The position numbers and the translations under genes were made by a program. A DNA stretch of 64,000 nt, from assembly GCF_009914755.1 (NCBI RefSeq), contig NC_060929.1; one strand, given 5' to 3'. The DNA comes from the human T2T-CHM13v2.0 reference genome, Homo sapiens. This document shows, piece by piece, positions 16,209-32,923 of the stretch (position 1 is the stretch's first letter; the number at the start of each line of letters is the position of its first letter). The notes under the pieces are model-generated. The model saw nothing but the letters and a program-made list of their open reading frames with translations. It did not search any database and had not been told where the DNA came from.

Positions 16209-16972
16209 AAGAAAACAAACCATATACTTCTCTCTACCCTCAACCCCAACTCCAAGGAAAAGGATTTTTGTTTCATTGATTAAATGGGTGACCCCTCAGT
16301 TATTAAAGGGCTGAAAGGAATTTCATATATCATCTTTAAAAGCTTTCTAAATCAAATATAAATTCTGCATTCTGAGAAAGAGGCACATGAGTTTTACTAG
16401 GTAATGCTCAACTGAGCAAGAAATAATTTTGAAACTTCATTGGAAGCTTTGAATTCATTTTGCTTACTGAAACAGTGCCATCCAAGTGCAATTGATAGTG
16501 TGAGTTCCTAGCCTTGTCCACAAAAGATTGTATAGCTAATGAGAAGAAAGATATTTAGTGTCTGTATAGCACTTCATAGCCCTTAACATATGTTCACACT
16601 CGATTCTCAACAATTTTATGAAGTAGGCAGGGAATGAACTAAAATCTTTATGTTACAGCTAAGCAAACTATGCCTATGAGAGATTAAGTAACGTGTCCCT
16701 GCAACTTGTAAGTACTATAGTAGCATCAGGCTTTCTGATTCTCAATTCAGTACTCTTTATTTATCTTACATATAAAATGGATAAAATGGAGTATCTATGC
16801 AATAAAAAGTAGAAAAACAATTGAAGTAGTACTTATACACAACATTTAAAATGGAGTAAATTTTTTTTTTAAAAATATGTGATACTGGTGCTTGACAAAA
16901 TACAGATTTAACTGGAGAACTATAGAGCTGTGGCTAGAGACCTAAGAGGGACTTTGAAAATTACCAGGCGAT

Positions 16973-17578
<606 letters not shown>

Positions 17579-18502
17579 CTATGGTGCAACAGGCACTAAT
17601 GGTACTATCACCCAGGGGTCGGCCAGCTTAGAGCCCAGAGCCAATGAACCTGGAGTAGAGGTGGTGTAGAAATGAGATGCGTAGGAACTCATTTGAAGGC
17701 AGATTTAACTAGTCAATTCTAGCACATTGTTAAGTGGCATGTTTATGACTAGGGGGATAAATCTTATGTAATTTAAATGCATATTAACTTTGCTTTGTAA
17801 AAATTTTTATTTATCCAATTCGTTTGATCTCCTCGTTAAACTGAACTTCTTGAGGGCAGAGAACATATCTTGTTTATCTTTGGATTTTTAGAGCCCAGCA
17901 TAATGCCTCAGTAGGCGTCAACATTTACTGAATGAAGGAACTCCTGCCTAAGAATAAACCACTTGAGGACAGAGATCGTGTTTGTTGTTAAGAAGACTTT
18001 TCTATGTCCCCATAGTGCAGAAGGCAATACCCAGCACACACAAGTACACACTGGATGGTCAGTTACTGCTTAGAGCACAAGCAATGCATCATTAGGCAAG
18101 AGAATGTTATGAGGAGTGGGCATGGTATGGTGGAAAAACTTGTATCCGAAAACAGGCATGGGAAAGTAAGCACAGAAGGAATAGCAACCGATCTGATATG
18201 AGGGCAGATTAGAAGATGGCATTTAATTAATCATTATGACTTTTTAAAAATTTTAAACTTTTATAAATTATAAAGTACTTTCCCATACAGAATTTTGTTT
18301 ATATCTATCTTATGTAAAAGGTTTTAGGTAGTTAGTAAAAATTTTAGGGAGATGGCCTAAAACTATCTTGATGATCCTACTTTTCTGTAATTAAGAATCC
18401 ATCTGTAGATACAAGAATATGCTTCTCAAATATGGCATCAGAAATTTCACTGGTGACCACAAAGCACAATTTGGCTAATTAAATTGTTAGAAATACCTGA
18501 GA

Positions 18503-18806
<304 letters not shown>

Positions 18807-20025
18807 GAGGTATCTGAGAGCCAACACAATCATGGTAATCTGACTTGCAAAGGCCCAGAGAGAAGGCTCTAATAAAGTTACATAGGCAATTTTGTTTTGA
18901 AAACAGGCCTCATAAATACCATTTCTCACAAAGGTAAGCTAGTACTCATTATAAATATTTATCTATTTTTAGAAAAAAAAAGACCTTTCTGATTTTTTGT
19001 AAACATGATTGTTTCTAAATATAGACATCCAAAATACATGTGGAGCTTGTGAGGCAAAGCAGCCAGGCAGTAGAGTTATAATGCCAGAATTCCAATTAAA
19101 TATTTTTTAGAACTTGAAGTCTTAATTTAAAATGATTTTTAGCTCAATCAATCTTATTTTATTTTTCTTGGCAGCAGGAATTTTACATTATTATACATAA
19201 ATATAAATTAGAAATAGAATTTCAAAAAGTCATCCCTTAATGAATTTCTCTATTTATTGATATAGAGCAGACTTCTAAGAGAATCATTCTGGTGGTAGCA
19301 AATAATTAGTTCCCATCAGTAATTCTAAATATATTTGATTCACTGAGAACTATTTTAAATTCATCATGACCTAAATAGTATTTAGGAACTATTCTTCAAA
19401 AATATAAGGCATTTTAGTAAAGGATTCATTTTAGATACTCAAACTATTGAAAGAGGGAAAATGCAAACACATACTAATGGAAGGCTCACTTTCCTGCTTG
19501 TACGAATATAATTTTCCTCTAATCACTTTCTTACTCTATTTTGGGGACTAGAATAATTATTGTGGAAATCAGCATTTCCTAATGAAGATTTGCAAGATGA
19601 ATTGGATACGTAAATGCAATGCCTTTATGATATATAATAACCACTTTTTCAAATTTATCTCTCCTCACATTTCTTTAGACATCTTTACATTTTCAAAAGA
19701 TTATCTAAATTCTGTAAGTTTGCTTTACAAATAAGTAACATCTTAATGTGATTAAATTTGTTATTACTTGGGTGTCAACTAATAATGTATAGTATGTCCT
19801 ATTAATGAATCTTAGCATATTTAGGAACATTCTTAAAAGACTTATTTTACCCTTTCCCACAGATAATATGCATTAATATTCTTAACTTCCAATTAATTAT
19901 ACCTGGTCTTCTACTTTCAAACTCTTGTTCAAGAACAAAATTCGTAAATTTACTCTAATAATTTTAATGAGTTCCATGTTAAATAAAATTCTGATTAAAA
20001 ACAACACAGAATACACAGCACTCAC

Positions 20026-20054
20026 CTTGGAAATACTGTCCATATCTCCTGAGC
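20026..20054 (-). CDS. SSBP2: SSBP2 coding exon (~exon 15), (G)SGDMDSISK
   Basis: 29 nt, tttcAG / GTgagt boundaries; peptide seen in ORF 19897..20100; phase 1->0. Confidence 0.95.
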
Positions 20055-20663
20055 CTGAAACAAAATATAAAAAGAAAGCCTTTATTAGGTAAGATTTCAT
20101 TTATAAATTAAACACTCCTTTAATTTAAATAAGTGAAGTATACTATATGTATTTTCCAGCATATAGCTCCTGAGTTTTTAAATCTGAAAAAATTCCTCTT
20201 CTTTTATACAGTATAGTGAATCAGTACCATCTGATGGAAAATGCAAGGAGTTCTATCCTTAGTTCCCAATCGTTTTTTTTTTATGGAAGCATGAAGAAAA
20301 CTGTTGTTATCATAGATTCCTAAATGTGAAATTTTAGAAAGACCATTTTATATACCCTACCCAATTAAAAATTTAAAAATGTATATATAACATATATAGA
20401 GATATCTACATATATTTTTTGAAAATGATGCTGTAAATCTGATAAAATATAAAATGAACACTTGCGACAATGTTTGACAATATTTTAAACCATAATTTAC
20501 TATAATAACCAAAAGCTAAGTATTAATATTAAAAAGTTGATAGCAATGAATATTCATGACAATTCTTCAAAACTAAAAATGTCTTTAAATATTATATTTT
20601 TATTTTGATCCTTGGAAGAAATAAACAATCAATATGAATTTCTTTTCTTATGTAAGAAATAGA

Positions 20664-20961
<298 letters not shown>

Positions 20962-21417
20962 GAAATAGAATCATACATTAGGTAACAGAACAATAATCAG
21001 ATCTTTGCCACAATATTAACTTTATTTTAAACAATTTAACTTCTGACAATTAATTTTCCTAGCATAAAAATAATATAACATTTTAGTAGCATAGCATTCA
21101 GTCAACATTACAAATAAAGCTAGGGCTTATTAATATAAGTTGTAAATAAATAGGCATAATAAATTATTAAATACCGAATGCATATATGCAATCATATATA
21201 TGTGTATATATAATATGTACAGTAATGTTCATTATAGAAAGCAATGAGCCAGTTGCCAAGCATAGGTAAAAATCTTCTGAAAATTCTATTCTGGTGACTA
21301 AGATAATGAGAGCCTTTTAACTATTTACCAAATATCATCTTTTTGTGAATGGTTCTACAAATAACAATATTGCAAAGTGAATTATTTTGCAATAAATTGG
21401 AAAATAAAATTCAAGAA

Positions 21418-21613
21418 TGGTGCTGTCCAATAGAATTTTGTGCAATGATGGAAATGTTTCTCTGTGATGTTCATTAAGGTAGTCATTAGCTACAAGTGGC
21501 TGCTGTGTACCTGACATGTGGCAGTGCAACTGAAGAACTGAATTTTAAAATTTACTTAATTTAAAATTAAATAGTCACACATGGCTAGTGGCTAGTGCAA
21601 TTGGACAGTGCAA
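21418..21613. mobile_element. MER3-like hAT-Charlie MITE
   Basis: Inverted termini gtgctgtccaat ... attggacagtgc; internal aatgatggaaatgtt. Confidence 0.75.
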
Positions 21614-22087
21614 ATCAAGACTTTGCAATCTAGGCAAAATAAGTATGAATTCTTAAAAGCTCAAAAGTCTCTTAGTGTACTGCAAATAATTTGGTTATTG
21701 AAAGATTTTCCAAGTATCAGAGGGAGGCATTTCCTGACCTTAGGTCGGGAAGTGAAATCTTATATATAACCTAAATTACTCATGAACATATTTTTTCCAA
21801 CTTAAGTAAAAGATGAACCCTTTCCAAAAGAAAAAAAAAATCATAACTCCCATCCCCATTGTCAACTTTTAAATTAGTTTATGGTCATGTTACTTAAACA
21901 TATACGAACATAAAAAGTGTTTTTTTGTTTTGCATTTGACCTATGTGAATGCAAAACAAATATAACTATAGTATGTGGTATGACCTAGTCCATTTTGCAA
22001 CACTTGTCTGTATTTCTCACTATTGTTAAAATTTTCATTCACCTTGCAGCTATTTAGCTTCATATGGTAAGAAGGCATCACTTATAA

Positions 22088-22566
<479 letters not shown>

Positions 22567-22786
22567 TATAAAGTATGTTTTCAACCATCAGTCACTTGAA
22601 ATGGTCTTTATCACGAAGACAATGTAGGCAGTGTTCTCTTAAAAGAGAATCATTCAAATTATCCAGAATATGATTAACAATTTTATGTTAAAAAGGAGGC
22701 AAACATAAAAATCCAAAAACAAAATTAAGAAATTCTTGGAGAGAACTGAGATTCTTCTGAGACTGTGTCCACAGAACTCTAGAGAC

Positions 22787-22822
22787 AAAACAACAACAAC
22801 AACAATAACAACAACAACAAAC
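22787..22822 (+). repeat. (CAA)n microsatellite
   Basis: caacaacaacaacaataacaacaacaacaa. Confidence 0.9.
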
Positions 22823-23153
22823 AGCTGCAAGAATACTGCAGCCTTCTGGGTTGGGCAAGCATGACACGTGCCCACAGCAGCAATGTCTCCTTTTATGGTA
22901 AGACATGAGATTTCTATAGGTTAAAGTAAATAACTGTGAATATGAACTAGAACAATTCTCACACTTCTGATCTTCAAGTGATCTACAGTTATAACCAATA
23001 AAATGTCAATTAAACTATCTGTATGAGGTAAAAGTTGAAGTATTTAAAAATGAGTAGCTGGCTATGGAAGAACTTTGGAAACTGTAATATGCACTAGGTA
23101 GAATTAAGGTTTTGTTATGAATTTATTCTAAACATCAAATTGAAAAGCCTTAC

Positions 23154-23232
23154 CTAAAGAGCCATTCATGTGATGTGACTCCATTCCTCCTAATCCACCC
23201 ATGGGACCATCTGACCCAGGACCCATTGGAAA
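23154..23232 (-). CDS. SSBP2: SSBP2 coding exon (~exon 14), [26 protein letters not shown](G)
   Basis: 79 nt, aatAG / GTaagg boundaries; phase 0->1. Confidence 0.96.
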
Positions 23233-25248
23233 CTATTTTAAAAATGAAGAAAATCACTGTAATCATACTGAAAACAATGGCTTATCTCAATTTTACAATA
23301 TATTTAACATTACAAGACACTGCCACAACTTATTTTTACTTTCAAGCTATGGAGATCTTTTACTTGATGTTTTTCAGCCTTGTGGATTCTCTAACTGGAC
23401 TGTTCACCTCTCTCATATTGTTTTCTCTATGTTCCACATATAGATGTTTAGCTTAATCATCATTTATCTCCAAATTTTTCTTCTTCAGATATACTCAGAA
23501 AGTATATACATTCCAGTGCAAATTAGAAGATAAGCATTTTCCTCTATGATACTGACAAATTTTCTATTGAAAACCAAAGGTGGTTCTTAAGAAGCTGTTA
23601 AGGGTATTGGCTTATTAATAAGAATAATTCAATGTCATTATGACAACATTAACATTTTTCTTAGTAGGCAATCTGTCTTTGTTTAAATGGACATAATAAA
23701 TAATTTCATCTTATAGGTTAAATACATTTCATTCCTTGGGGATGGCTGAATATAGCTAATTCTTCTTGGCAGTCTCAACCATGTCACTTCAATGACACTC
23801 AGAGGTTCCATGGCAATTCTGCTTAACATTTTTCAAAGTAGTGGAATTCTTTTTTTCTTTCCTTTCTTTTCAGGTGGAATCTTACATTAGAAGTCTGGTT
23901 CAAAACAGGTGTGCTATGATGGGGTTGGTGATAGAGAACCCATGGCCCGCCCACTCAGTCTTCCTCTCATCTCTCTAGAAGACTAAGGAAACATGGAGCC
24001 CAGTTCGAAGACAAGTTACCATGATACCTTACACTTACAGTTAAGACAGCCTGCTGAAAACATTTTCTCTTCAAATTTCCCATGCCAAAAGCATTTCTAC
24101 CATGTTGTATGGTGCAGAATATTGGCAGAATATTGACTATGGTGTGTGTGTGTGGATGCAGTGGTGGTGGTGACTAATCATGAAGGCTTTTAGGAAGAAA
24201 TAACTGCCTTTGGCAGGCAAACCTGTACTTCACCACCTCTGTGTGTGAATAAGATGGCCTTCTATCACCATGGGCAATACAAACCACATGCTTATAAAAT
24301 TCTCCAAGAGAATGCCAATTTTGCTTGGTAAAATTGAGTATCTAAAAGCACGTAGGTTGGTGTTCAGTAAACAACTTGGAATATGTATGCCTCACTGATA
24401 TAAGGCATATATAAGTCAAAGAAATAATTGACTTTAAACTTACTGCTGTTATTCAGCTTTTATCAAAAGCATAGTTTAGATATGGGTTGAAAAACTGGTG
24501 CTGGTAGGCCTAGTAGCCTGTGAACTTTTATCTGGCTCCTACAGTGTTTTAAAAGACACTAAAACTATAGGTATGTATGTTTGGTCAGTTTAACATATAA
24601 ATATATATCTTCTGATTTTTCTTTGATTTCTGCTACCCTATATACACATGTATATGTGTATTAACTACAATCTGTTATAAATATTTTTGTAAACATGTAG
24701 GCCTTATAGATAAATAAAATGTTTTCCTGTGAACTTCTGTGGAAAAATCATGACTATATGCTTTATTAAGAACACCCAAGTTCTTCCTGTAGTAACTGCT
24801 TTAGCTCCATATTTAAAGTCTAGATTTCATATTCTAAAAAAAACAAGCATAGCCAACTTCCTCCTTTATTTTCAAGTTTATCAGGACAAAAAAAGATCAC
24901 AATGAAAAAGCTTAGTGATGCTAAAAATGAGGTTAATATAAATGATTATACATAACCTGTCATTTTCAAATAGTATATATCATTAATTATTTACAATAAA
25001 ATAAGATGAAACTAATGTGTAATTGATTAGGATCAGTTTTACTTTTAAATTATATTGATATAAAATCTCTGTTATATATGTTTACTGTTTTTTTAACCCA
25101 GCTCAGAGAAAAGAATTTGACTTTTTGAATATCTAATAAGCTCCTGGATAATAAAATATAAAGTTTAAACAATATACAGGACATGGAATGCACTCAGAGT
25201 TTGAAAGTCTTCAAATACATTCCAAAAATAAAAAAAGTTCATATTTAC

Positions 25249-25319
25249 ATTAGGTCTGTTAGGTCCAGGAGGTACTGCATTCATTAAAGTATACATGTTA
25301 TCACCAGAGTTGGTTGAAT
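25249..25319 (-). CDS. SSBP2: SSBP2 coding exon (~exon 13), (D)[23 protein letters not shown]
   Basis: 71 nt, tttcAG / GTaaat boundaries; phase 1->0. Confidence 0.96.
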
Positions 25320-26142
25320 CTGAAACAAAATATTACTTAATTAAAATATTTCTTTAGAGTCTATACCCAATTCATCACAAAGTAATGATCAAAGATGGTT
25401 TGCATACAGATACCTCTCTCTATATAAGCTGCAACACTTGAAATTGTCATTACTAAAAATAAATACCCACAGTCATTTTCTGACCCCAAAATTGTCATTC
25501 TGAGGTCATAAATTAGGTATGAGGAATCACTTCAATAATTCAGGTAAAAGGATTATTAGAAATTTAAAAAATTATAGTAAAGTTTTTCTTTTTAAAAAAG
25601 ATACTTTTTTACTTCAAGCAATTCTATGTGTGTGTATGTGTGTATATGTAATATATAATATCTCTTAAAATTCAGATTCAGTTGCTTTTCAGTTTTATTT
25701 CCTTAAGTTTCCAATATACAAATTTTAAAAATAGTCTTTTTACTTAATAATTAGTGAAAGCTGGTGGACTATCCTGGCTTAATTCCGAAAGAAAAAGATT
25801 AGAGTAAGAGTATACAATTAGAATAATGTAATTCTCCTGTTTGAACTAAAAGCCAGCTTCTTCCAGCACAACTTCTGATGAAATGTTTTTACTCACTTTA
25901 TTTTTGATTTATTATAATAAAAATATCTGTACTGCATATCCATATAAATATATGTAACATTGTGCAGTATTTAAAAAATTTATATTTCATGTCTGTTAGC
26001 TAATTCTAATTAAGTCTCTGAGCATACATGTTTTTATAATATAAAACCTAGAGTGAAAGGCTAAATATTTTACATTGAGAAAATATAAATGATAAATTAT
26101 GGTTTTCTATTTTTCCACATTATACAGTTTTCTTAAATATAA

Positions 26143-26457
<315 letters not shown>

Positions 26458-27436
26458 AGTAGGCCCATTTTGAGAAAAAGATGTGTTTAAAATTTTTGTA
26501 CTGATTTGAGACAGAAGGTAAGTATCATTTACTTTCTCATGGCAGTAACCATAGAGTGGCAATTACTTTTCCTTTTACTGTGTGATTACTCATTAGACAT
26601 TAATAAGTTTATTATTTTAGTGTGTATTACTTACAGAGTAGATCTCATGTCATTTATTGGTTGGCTGTGAACAATGACCCATAAATCTAAATACTGTATC
26701 TTATTTGAATATATCTATTTGAATATATCATAATGTTGAAAAAGTTGGAGTGCCTACCTCAGGTTGACCCTATTTGTTTATTCTAAGGAAGGTCCTAACC
26801 TACTTTTGTGACCTTAACTGTTTTTACATCCTTGTGTATGCTATACTCCTGTCAACCCAGGCTACTTGTTTTTTCCTGTGACCAACCTTTCTGCCTCCAT
26901 GATTTTGTTCTTTCTTCCTCCAAACACCTTCTCAATCTCTATGCACTGAAATTCTACTCACTATCGAAGGGCTATCTCAAATGTTATGTCTTCCATGAGG
27001 TTTTTTCCTGGCAGTTCCAAGTGCATGAGTGCTCCCCTCCCACTGAGTTCTGCCTTCCATTATAGGAATACTTTACTGCTTTATTCGTTCCTCCTGCTTC
27101 CAACTAGGACATAATAAGCTCATGGAGAGAAGGAAAGGACCGTGTCTTACTCATCTTGTGTACTAAAGACAATAAGTACTGCTAACTTAGATTTAACTGT
27201 TGGAATAAACTCAATCACACACAAGATTAACTTTAAAAAATCTTGGATTGCTTTTTAAACATAGGAAATCTTCAAATGGTTTTTCAACTGTATTGGCCTT
27301 ACTCTTGGTAAAAGGAAGATGGGCTACATATTTTAAATGTGCACAAAGAAAAGAAATTTATCATTTTAAAGACTAATCAAGAATATAATTTCATCTGCTA
27401 CAGAAAAAATTTGAGAGAGATAAGATTGGTATTTAT

Positions 27437-27734
<298 letters not shown>

Positions 27735-27783
<49 letters not shown>
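27735..27783. repeat. (TA)n microsatellite, about 24 pure units, next to the Alu tail
   Basis: Read directly from the sequence. Confidence 0.95.
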
Positions 27784-27787
<4 letters not shown>

Positions 27788-29469
27788 TTACTGGAAAATG
27801 TCTGACTTCTATGTACAGAAAAACTTTACAATAAAGTGGATCTCCTGGGACCTCCTTTCTTGTGGGTGGGGTGCTGGCTGAGTATTAGAGGAGTGACTGT
27901 GACACAGGATGAACACATAAAAGAGTATGCAAAAAGACTAGGAAGATGTACTTGTGGCAATTTCTGGTTTGAAAGGAAGATTACTTATTGCCTGCAATGT
28001 TCAGTGTTGCTCCAAAAACTTTTTTTTAGTCTTGCAGTGAAGCATTTATTATTCACATGCTACCTTCATAAATTAAACATTAACTTCACCATATAAGAAC
28101 ATAAATATGGGCAAGATGATCAGTTGATATAATTCTATCTTCGATGAATTGTATCATTTTCAATGAAGATGCCTTCAGGACACAGACCATTAAATATCCA
28201 AGGAGTTAGTGAAGCAAAGTAAAATTTTGTATTAATTATCAAGTTTATGATTTTTCTAAATTGAAAGGGCTCAAAATTAAAAATTTTTATTGGTATGATC
28301 AATGATACTGAATTTCAAGCTTCTATCTTAATTTCAACAAGCCAGTTAAAAACATATGAGTTTAACAGTAAAACATCATAATCAAAAATACTTTATAATT
28401 ATTAAAATTTCCCATCTACTTAATCATCCCAAAGTAATAACTGATAGAGTTTTAGCCTATTTCTTTGTTTTCTACTTTCTAGATTTGTGTTACGGTTTCA
28501 AATGAAACTGTGATTATATTGCATTGAATCATGAGATTTTATTTTTCCATGTCATTACAAATTCTTTGATAATAATTATAATGGCTCTATTATATTCTAA
28601 CCTACACCTTAAACATTAATTTACTAATTCCACTAAAATTGAATTAGGCATGAGTTTGTGTCTACTGTTTTACTCTTGAGTATAACAAATGAGCATCCTT
28701 CTACATAAATCTTGGGTTGTATCTCTGTCATTTCTAGTATTAGAAGTATAGAGTCACATGGTATGAACCTTTTCATGGCTCTTGACACATTTTATCATAG
28801 CATTTTCTAAGAAGGGTGCGCCAATTTAGTCTTCCACTGTTAACAACCCCAAGACACATTTAATAGTCTGTGTGAAAGTCTCAAAAATAAATGATAAAAC
28901 TATTTAAAGTAATTATATAAAAGGATTATGAAAACATTGAAGTATGTTTTAGTTTAGAAGATAAAAAACTTTTATTATTACATAGTGAATTTATAAGCTG
29001 ACTAATAAATACTTATAGACATGTAGGGTAAATAATACTGTAAGTACTTCTTCATCCTTCATTCATCTTAGTAAGATAATAGATGTGGTGAGTCTGATTT
29101 GGCATTTTAAACCTAATGAATCCATGTATTTAATGTTTTATTTATTCAGAAATTTTCTAAATTGTAGAAGATTTGGTTAGTTTTATCAGTCTCAATAAAT
29201 CTTTAAGTTAGACACATTTTTGGGCAATTCATATAGATCAACAGTGTTCATCCTAATTAAATCTGACACCCACACCATAGGAATTTTCTAAATGCTTAAC
29301 TGGATAATACTTATTTAAGAACACTATATTTCTTCCTACCATGCTGCCTCTACTCCTTTAACTATCGTGAGAACATGAATACTACTAACTTTATTTCATG
29401 AACAATTTCTATATTCTGTGATTTTATTCTAATAATCAAATGCCCATGTGGCTAGTTTGATTACAATAC

Positions 29470-29524
29470 CTGCTGGACTAGGCATGATGGGTGTTCCTGG
29501 TGGCCCTCCACCTCCTGGAGGACC
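29470..29524 (-). CDS. SSBP2: SSBP2 coding exon (~exon 12), GPPGGGGPPGTPIMPSPA(D)
   Basis: 55 nt, atttAG / GTattg boundaries; phase 0->1. Confidence 0.96.
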
Positions 29525-30270
29525 CTAAATAATTATACAAAATTTCAGTAAAAATAAGGCATTGCATAAGAAAAAACAGAAGTTAGACTTATATCTATAA
29601 TAATCCAATTTGAAAATAAGAGCAGAAATATATTTTCTCTAATTTATTTTCTTTGACTGCACAATCATTTCAATATTCTACAAAACATAATTTAGCTTAA
29701 ATATGTTGAGACTGTTTTGACAAATTTCCAAAAACAATGAGCCTGTACCATTAATTCATTATTCATGACTTAATCATATCAGTTATAATGAGGTTAAGCA
29801 GAAATCATTCAACAGGGTCTTTACAAATCCATAAAACAGAAATAATTCATATGTATTTTTAGTTTTTATAGAAAGCTAAAATGATATTCGCTTAGAGAAT
29901 ATATTTAAAAATGAAGATATCTGCTTATTGATTCATATTTTAAAAAAATGCACTGATGTCATTTCTTTCTTCTGTCAGCATCAATTGCAACGTTTCTGGA
30001 GCACTGTACCTTCCACTATCACATCAATTAGAAATGAGAGGCAAAGTTGACTAATGCTGTGGGTTATTGAGGCTGTAGCTACACAATCAAACTGAAATGG
30101 CGATTAGGTAATTCTAAAATTAATTCAATAATTTCAGATAACCAAAATAGATAATTCAGGCAATGGGTTGTAGGCTTTTTCAGATGCTCTATGTACAGCA
30201 ATCAAATTAACTTTTAAATGGCAAAATTTTAACTTCATTCTGAATGTACAGATACAGCCTGCCAATTATT

Positions 30271-30312
30271 TCAGACGAGATCGGGCACATTCAGGGTGGT
30301 ATGGCTATAGAC
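30271..30312 (-). pseudogene. 5S rRNA retropseudogene fragment (first 42 nt of 5S), tailless
   Basis: Minus strand GTCTATAGCCATACCACCCTGAATGTGCCCGATCTCGTCTGA versus 5S GTCTACGGCCATACCACCCTGAACGCGCCCGATCTCGTCTGA; direct repeats ctg(c/t)caattatttca at 30259-30273 and 30313-30327. Confidence 0.92.
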
Positions 30313-31391
30313 CTGTCAATTATTTCAAATAATATCTGTATTTGCACAACTTAAAATTTATTTTAAATAAATGTCTATAATTTCATAAAATGATATATCA
30401 GCCTTATTCATTAGTGGCTTTAAGAAAAAATAGGTTTTATATAAATTTTCTTACTTTCATTTTTATTTCATAGAAAATGCAAAGAAAGACTTGCTTAGTT
30501 TTATAGCTTACATGAACACTGAACACTAAGTTCACAGGTCCAAAGCAGTGTGTGCTTTTCACTATGTTAATAAAATACTATTTCCATGGAGAGTGAAATG
30601 CTCACTGATTTTCTTCTTATGCGTTCTTTTTTTCCCCTCCAGCTAGCCACCACCTCTGAACATTTCTGTGGGAAAGATTTCCCTTGTTACCATTTTATCC
30701 TTGTTTCTCTGTTAGGTGTTTCCCTCTAAATGGTGTAACGTATTTTCCTCTGTGTTGACTTTGAGATGTAGCTAGGATCATAATGTGATGATGATGATTA
30801 AAAGGTCACTTGTAAGCTCAGGAGGTCATATAAAACTTATTAATTTGACTTCACATTGACATGAATTTTTGGAAAATTCTAATGTGTACTAAATAGTAAT
30901 AATGATAAAAATAAGTGTTCTCAATTTCAAAGAACAACCAAAAAATGAAATGATTCCTCTAAATTATTAGTCATTATTCTGCCATCTAATTCATTTGTGA
31001 TTGGGAGAAAGTTTAATGTCTTCTTAGACGCTATGTGTGGTGCATAGGGTTGGACTGGGGTGTAGATTATTCTCCTGGAGAACCGCAAATTCAAGCATAT
31101 TACTGTGTAACTGGGGATTACTCTCTTCATGATTGGACAGAGTGTATTGTACTGGTTTTCAGAAACATATGCTGAAGTAAAACACAGTACTCAGGGCAAT
31201 TCTGGCCAGATTGATAACTGTTTCACTAATGAACATCAACATATGTACTGAGGTTGGCAGATGAAACAACTCAAGATGTTCACTTCTTGGCCAATACACA
31301 GGGGCTCTTCTTAACATCTGGACAACTGTTTCATTGCCCAAATAAAATGTAACATCAATTCTTATAAGCAAACAAACCCAAATGTACTTAC

Positions 31392-31427
31392 TACATAATT
31401 CCCAGGAGATGCTGAGGAGTATGGTAT
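31392..31427 (-). CDS. SSBP2: SSBP2 coding exon (~exon 11), IPYSSASPGNYV
   Basis: 36 nt, ttccAG / GTaagt boundaries; phase 0->0. Confidence 0.95.
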
Positions 31428-32649
31428 CTGGAACACGAATAGGACAAAAAAATTTTTGATTCATGTAGCAATATGGACACTGACCTAAAATGAATTTATT
31501 TCATGATTTTTTGTCAAGTTTTAAAATGTATCACAAAGTATAGTAAAGGATAAAAAAATTTGTATCTGTTTAAGTACTGGAAAACTGAATAATAATAACT
31601 TGGATTTACACAAAAGAAGGCAGATTTTAGTCAAGAGGATTTTAGACAGAATAACTGCTTTAAGATATATTGGTTTCAGGTAAGTTGTGCATATTGCATG
31701 ATACTAATTACTTATTCTGTAAGTAGAAATATATATATTTGTGTATCTAAAAATGGGAAACCAGAATTTTTCAAATTAGTAGTATTTACACATACAATTT
31801 CTAAGCTATGCAAAAAAAGTTTGTTAATACGAGTCTCCAAAGACTATTAATTTGTGAGGATCAGATATGGGTAACAAACTCCCTTTTTCTCTTCAAATCA
31901 AGCTCTTCACCAAGCTCTTTTCTAGAGATTAGAAGGTATTAATACGACATTGCTGTGATAATTTAAGAAATGAAAAACCAGAAAACCTATGTTTAAAAGT
32001 AAGCCCTCGAGTATGTATATTAATAGGGAAAGTTAAATCCAAATATTTTCTTTTTTCACACAAGCTTACTAGCTAACTTGTATTAAGATGCTGTACATCC
32101 ATAAGAGATATTTTTGTCTTATTCTGAAGAACACCAATAGATTACTCTCTACTCGAAGTCAGACAGCCAGGGCCAGAATAGGACCTTTACAGTAGTGAAA
32201 AGATAAGTGCTTGTACTATTCTAAACCATCTATCCCAATACCTGCTATATAATTAAACACAAAAATAATATGAAACCATAAAGTAAGTATAAGGAAGTAC
32301 AACCAAGTTATGATTTCCTCTTGATAAATATTTGTTTTTTTGGAAATATTTAATATTAAGTTATTTGAAAAGCTTTTCTCCTTATTTGGTGTTCTTGCTT
32401 TGCCTTACGCACACAACACATGTCCCAAGGCTCTGCTTGGTCTGCCTATGAGTAATTCAGCACTGCAGATGGCCACTGCTAGAGTGCCCAGCATCACTAG
32501 GGATTAGAATTAATTCTGCTGAGTACTGAGATTTTTTTATGGCAGCAAACATTTACTTCATTTAGTGAATGAATACAACTTTGCTCTCTTGGGTCCCTTT
32601 CAGTTCATGATCTACCTACCATCCATCCTCCGCTTCTCATTTTCTTGGA

Positions 32650-32923
32650 GGGGACAAGGTCTTTTTTTGTCACCCAGGCTGGAGTGCAATGGGACAAACA
32701 AGGCTCACTGCAGTCTCGACCTCCTGGGCTCAAGCAATCCTCCTACCTTGGCCCCACAAGTAGCTGGGACTAAGGTGTGCTCCACTGGCTAATTTTTAAT
32801 TTTTTGTAGAGATGGAGTTTTTCTATGTTGCCCACGCTGGTCTCAAACTCCTGAGCCAAGCGATCCATCTGTCTTGACCTCCCAAAGTGTCAGGATTATA
32901 GGCGTGAGCTGCTGTGCTGGGCC
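32650..32923 (-). mobile_element. Alu (AluJ-like)
   Basis: Diverged dimeric antisense Alu. Confidence 0.85.

Noticed and set aside
21924-21960. 13-bp inverted repeat tttgttttgcatt / aatgcaaaacaaa
   Set aside because: Short and AT-rich, too small for a pre-miRNA, and plausible by chance in 64 kb
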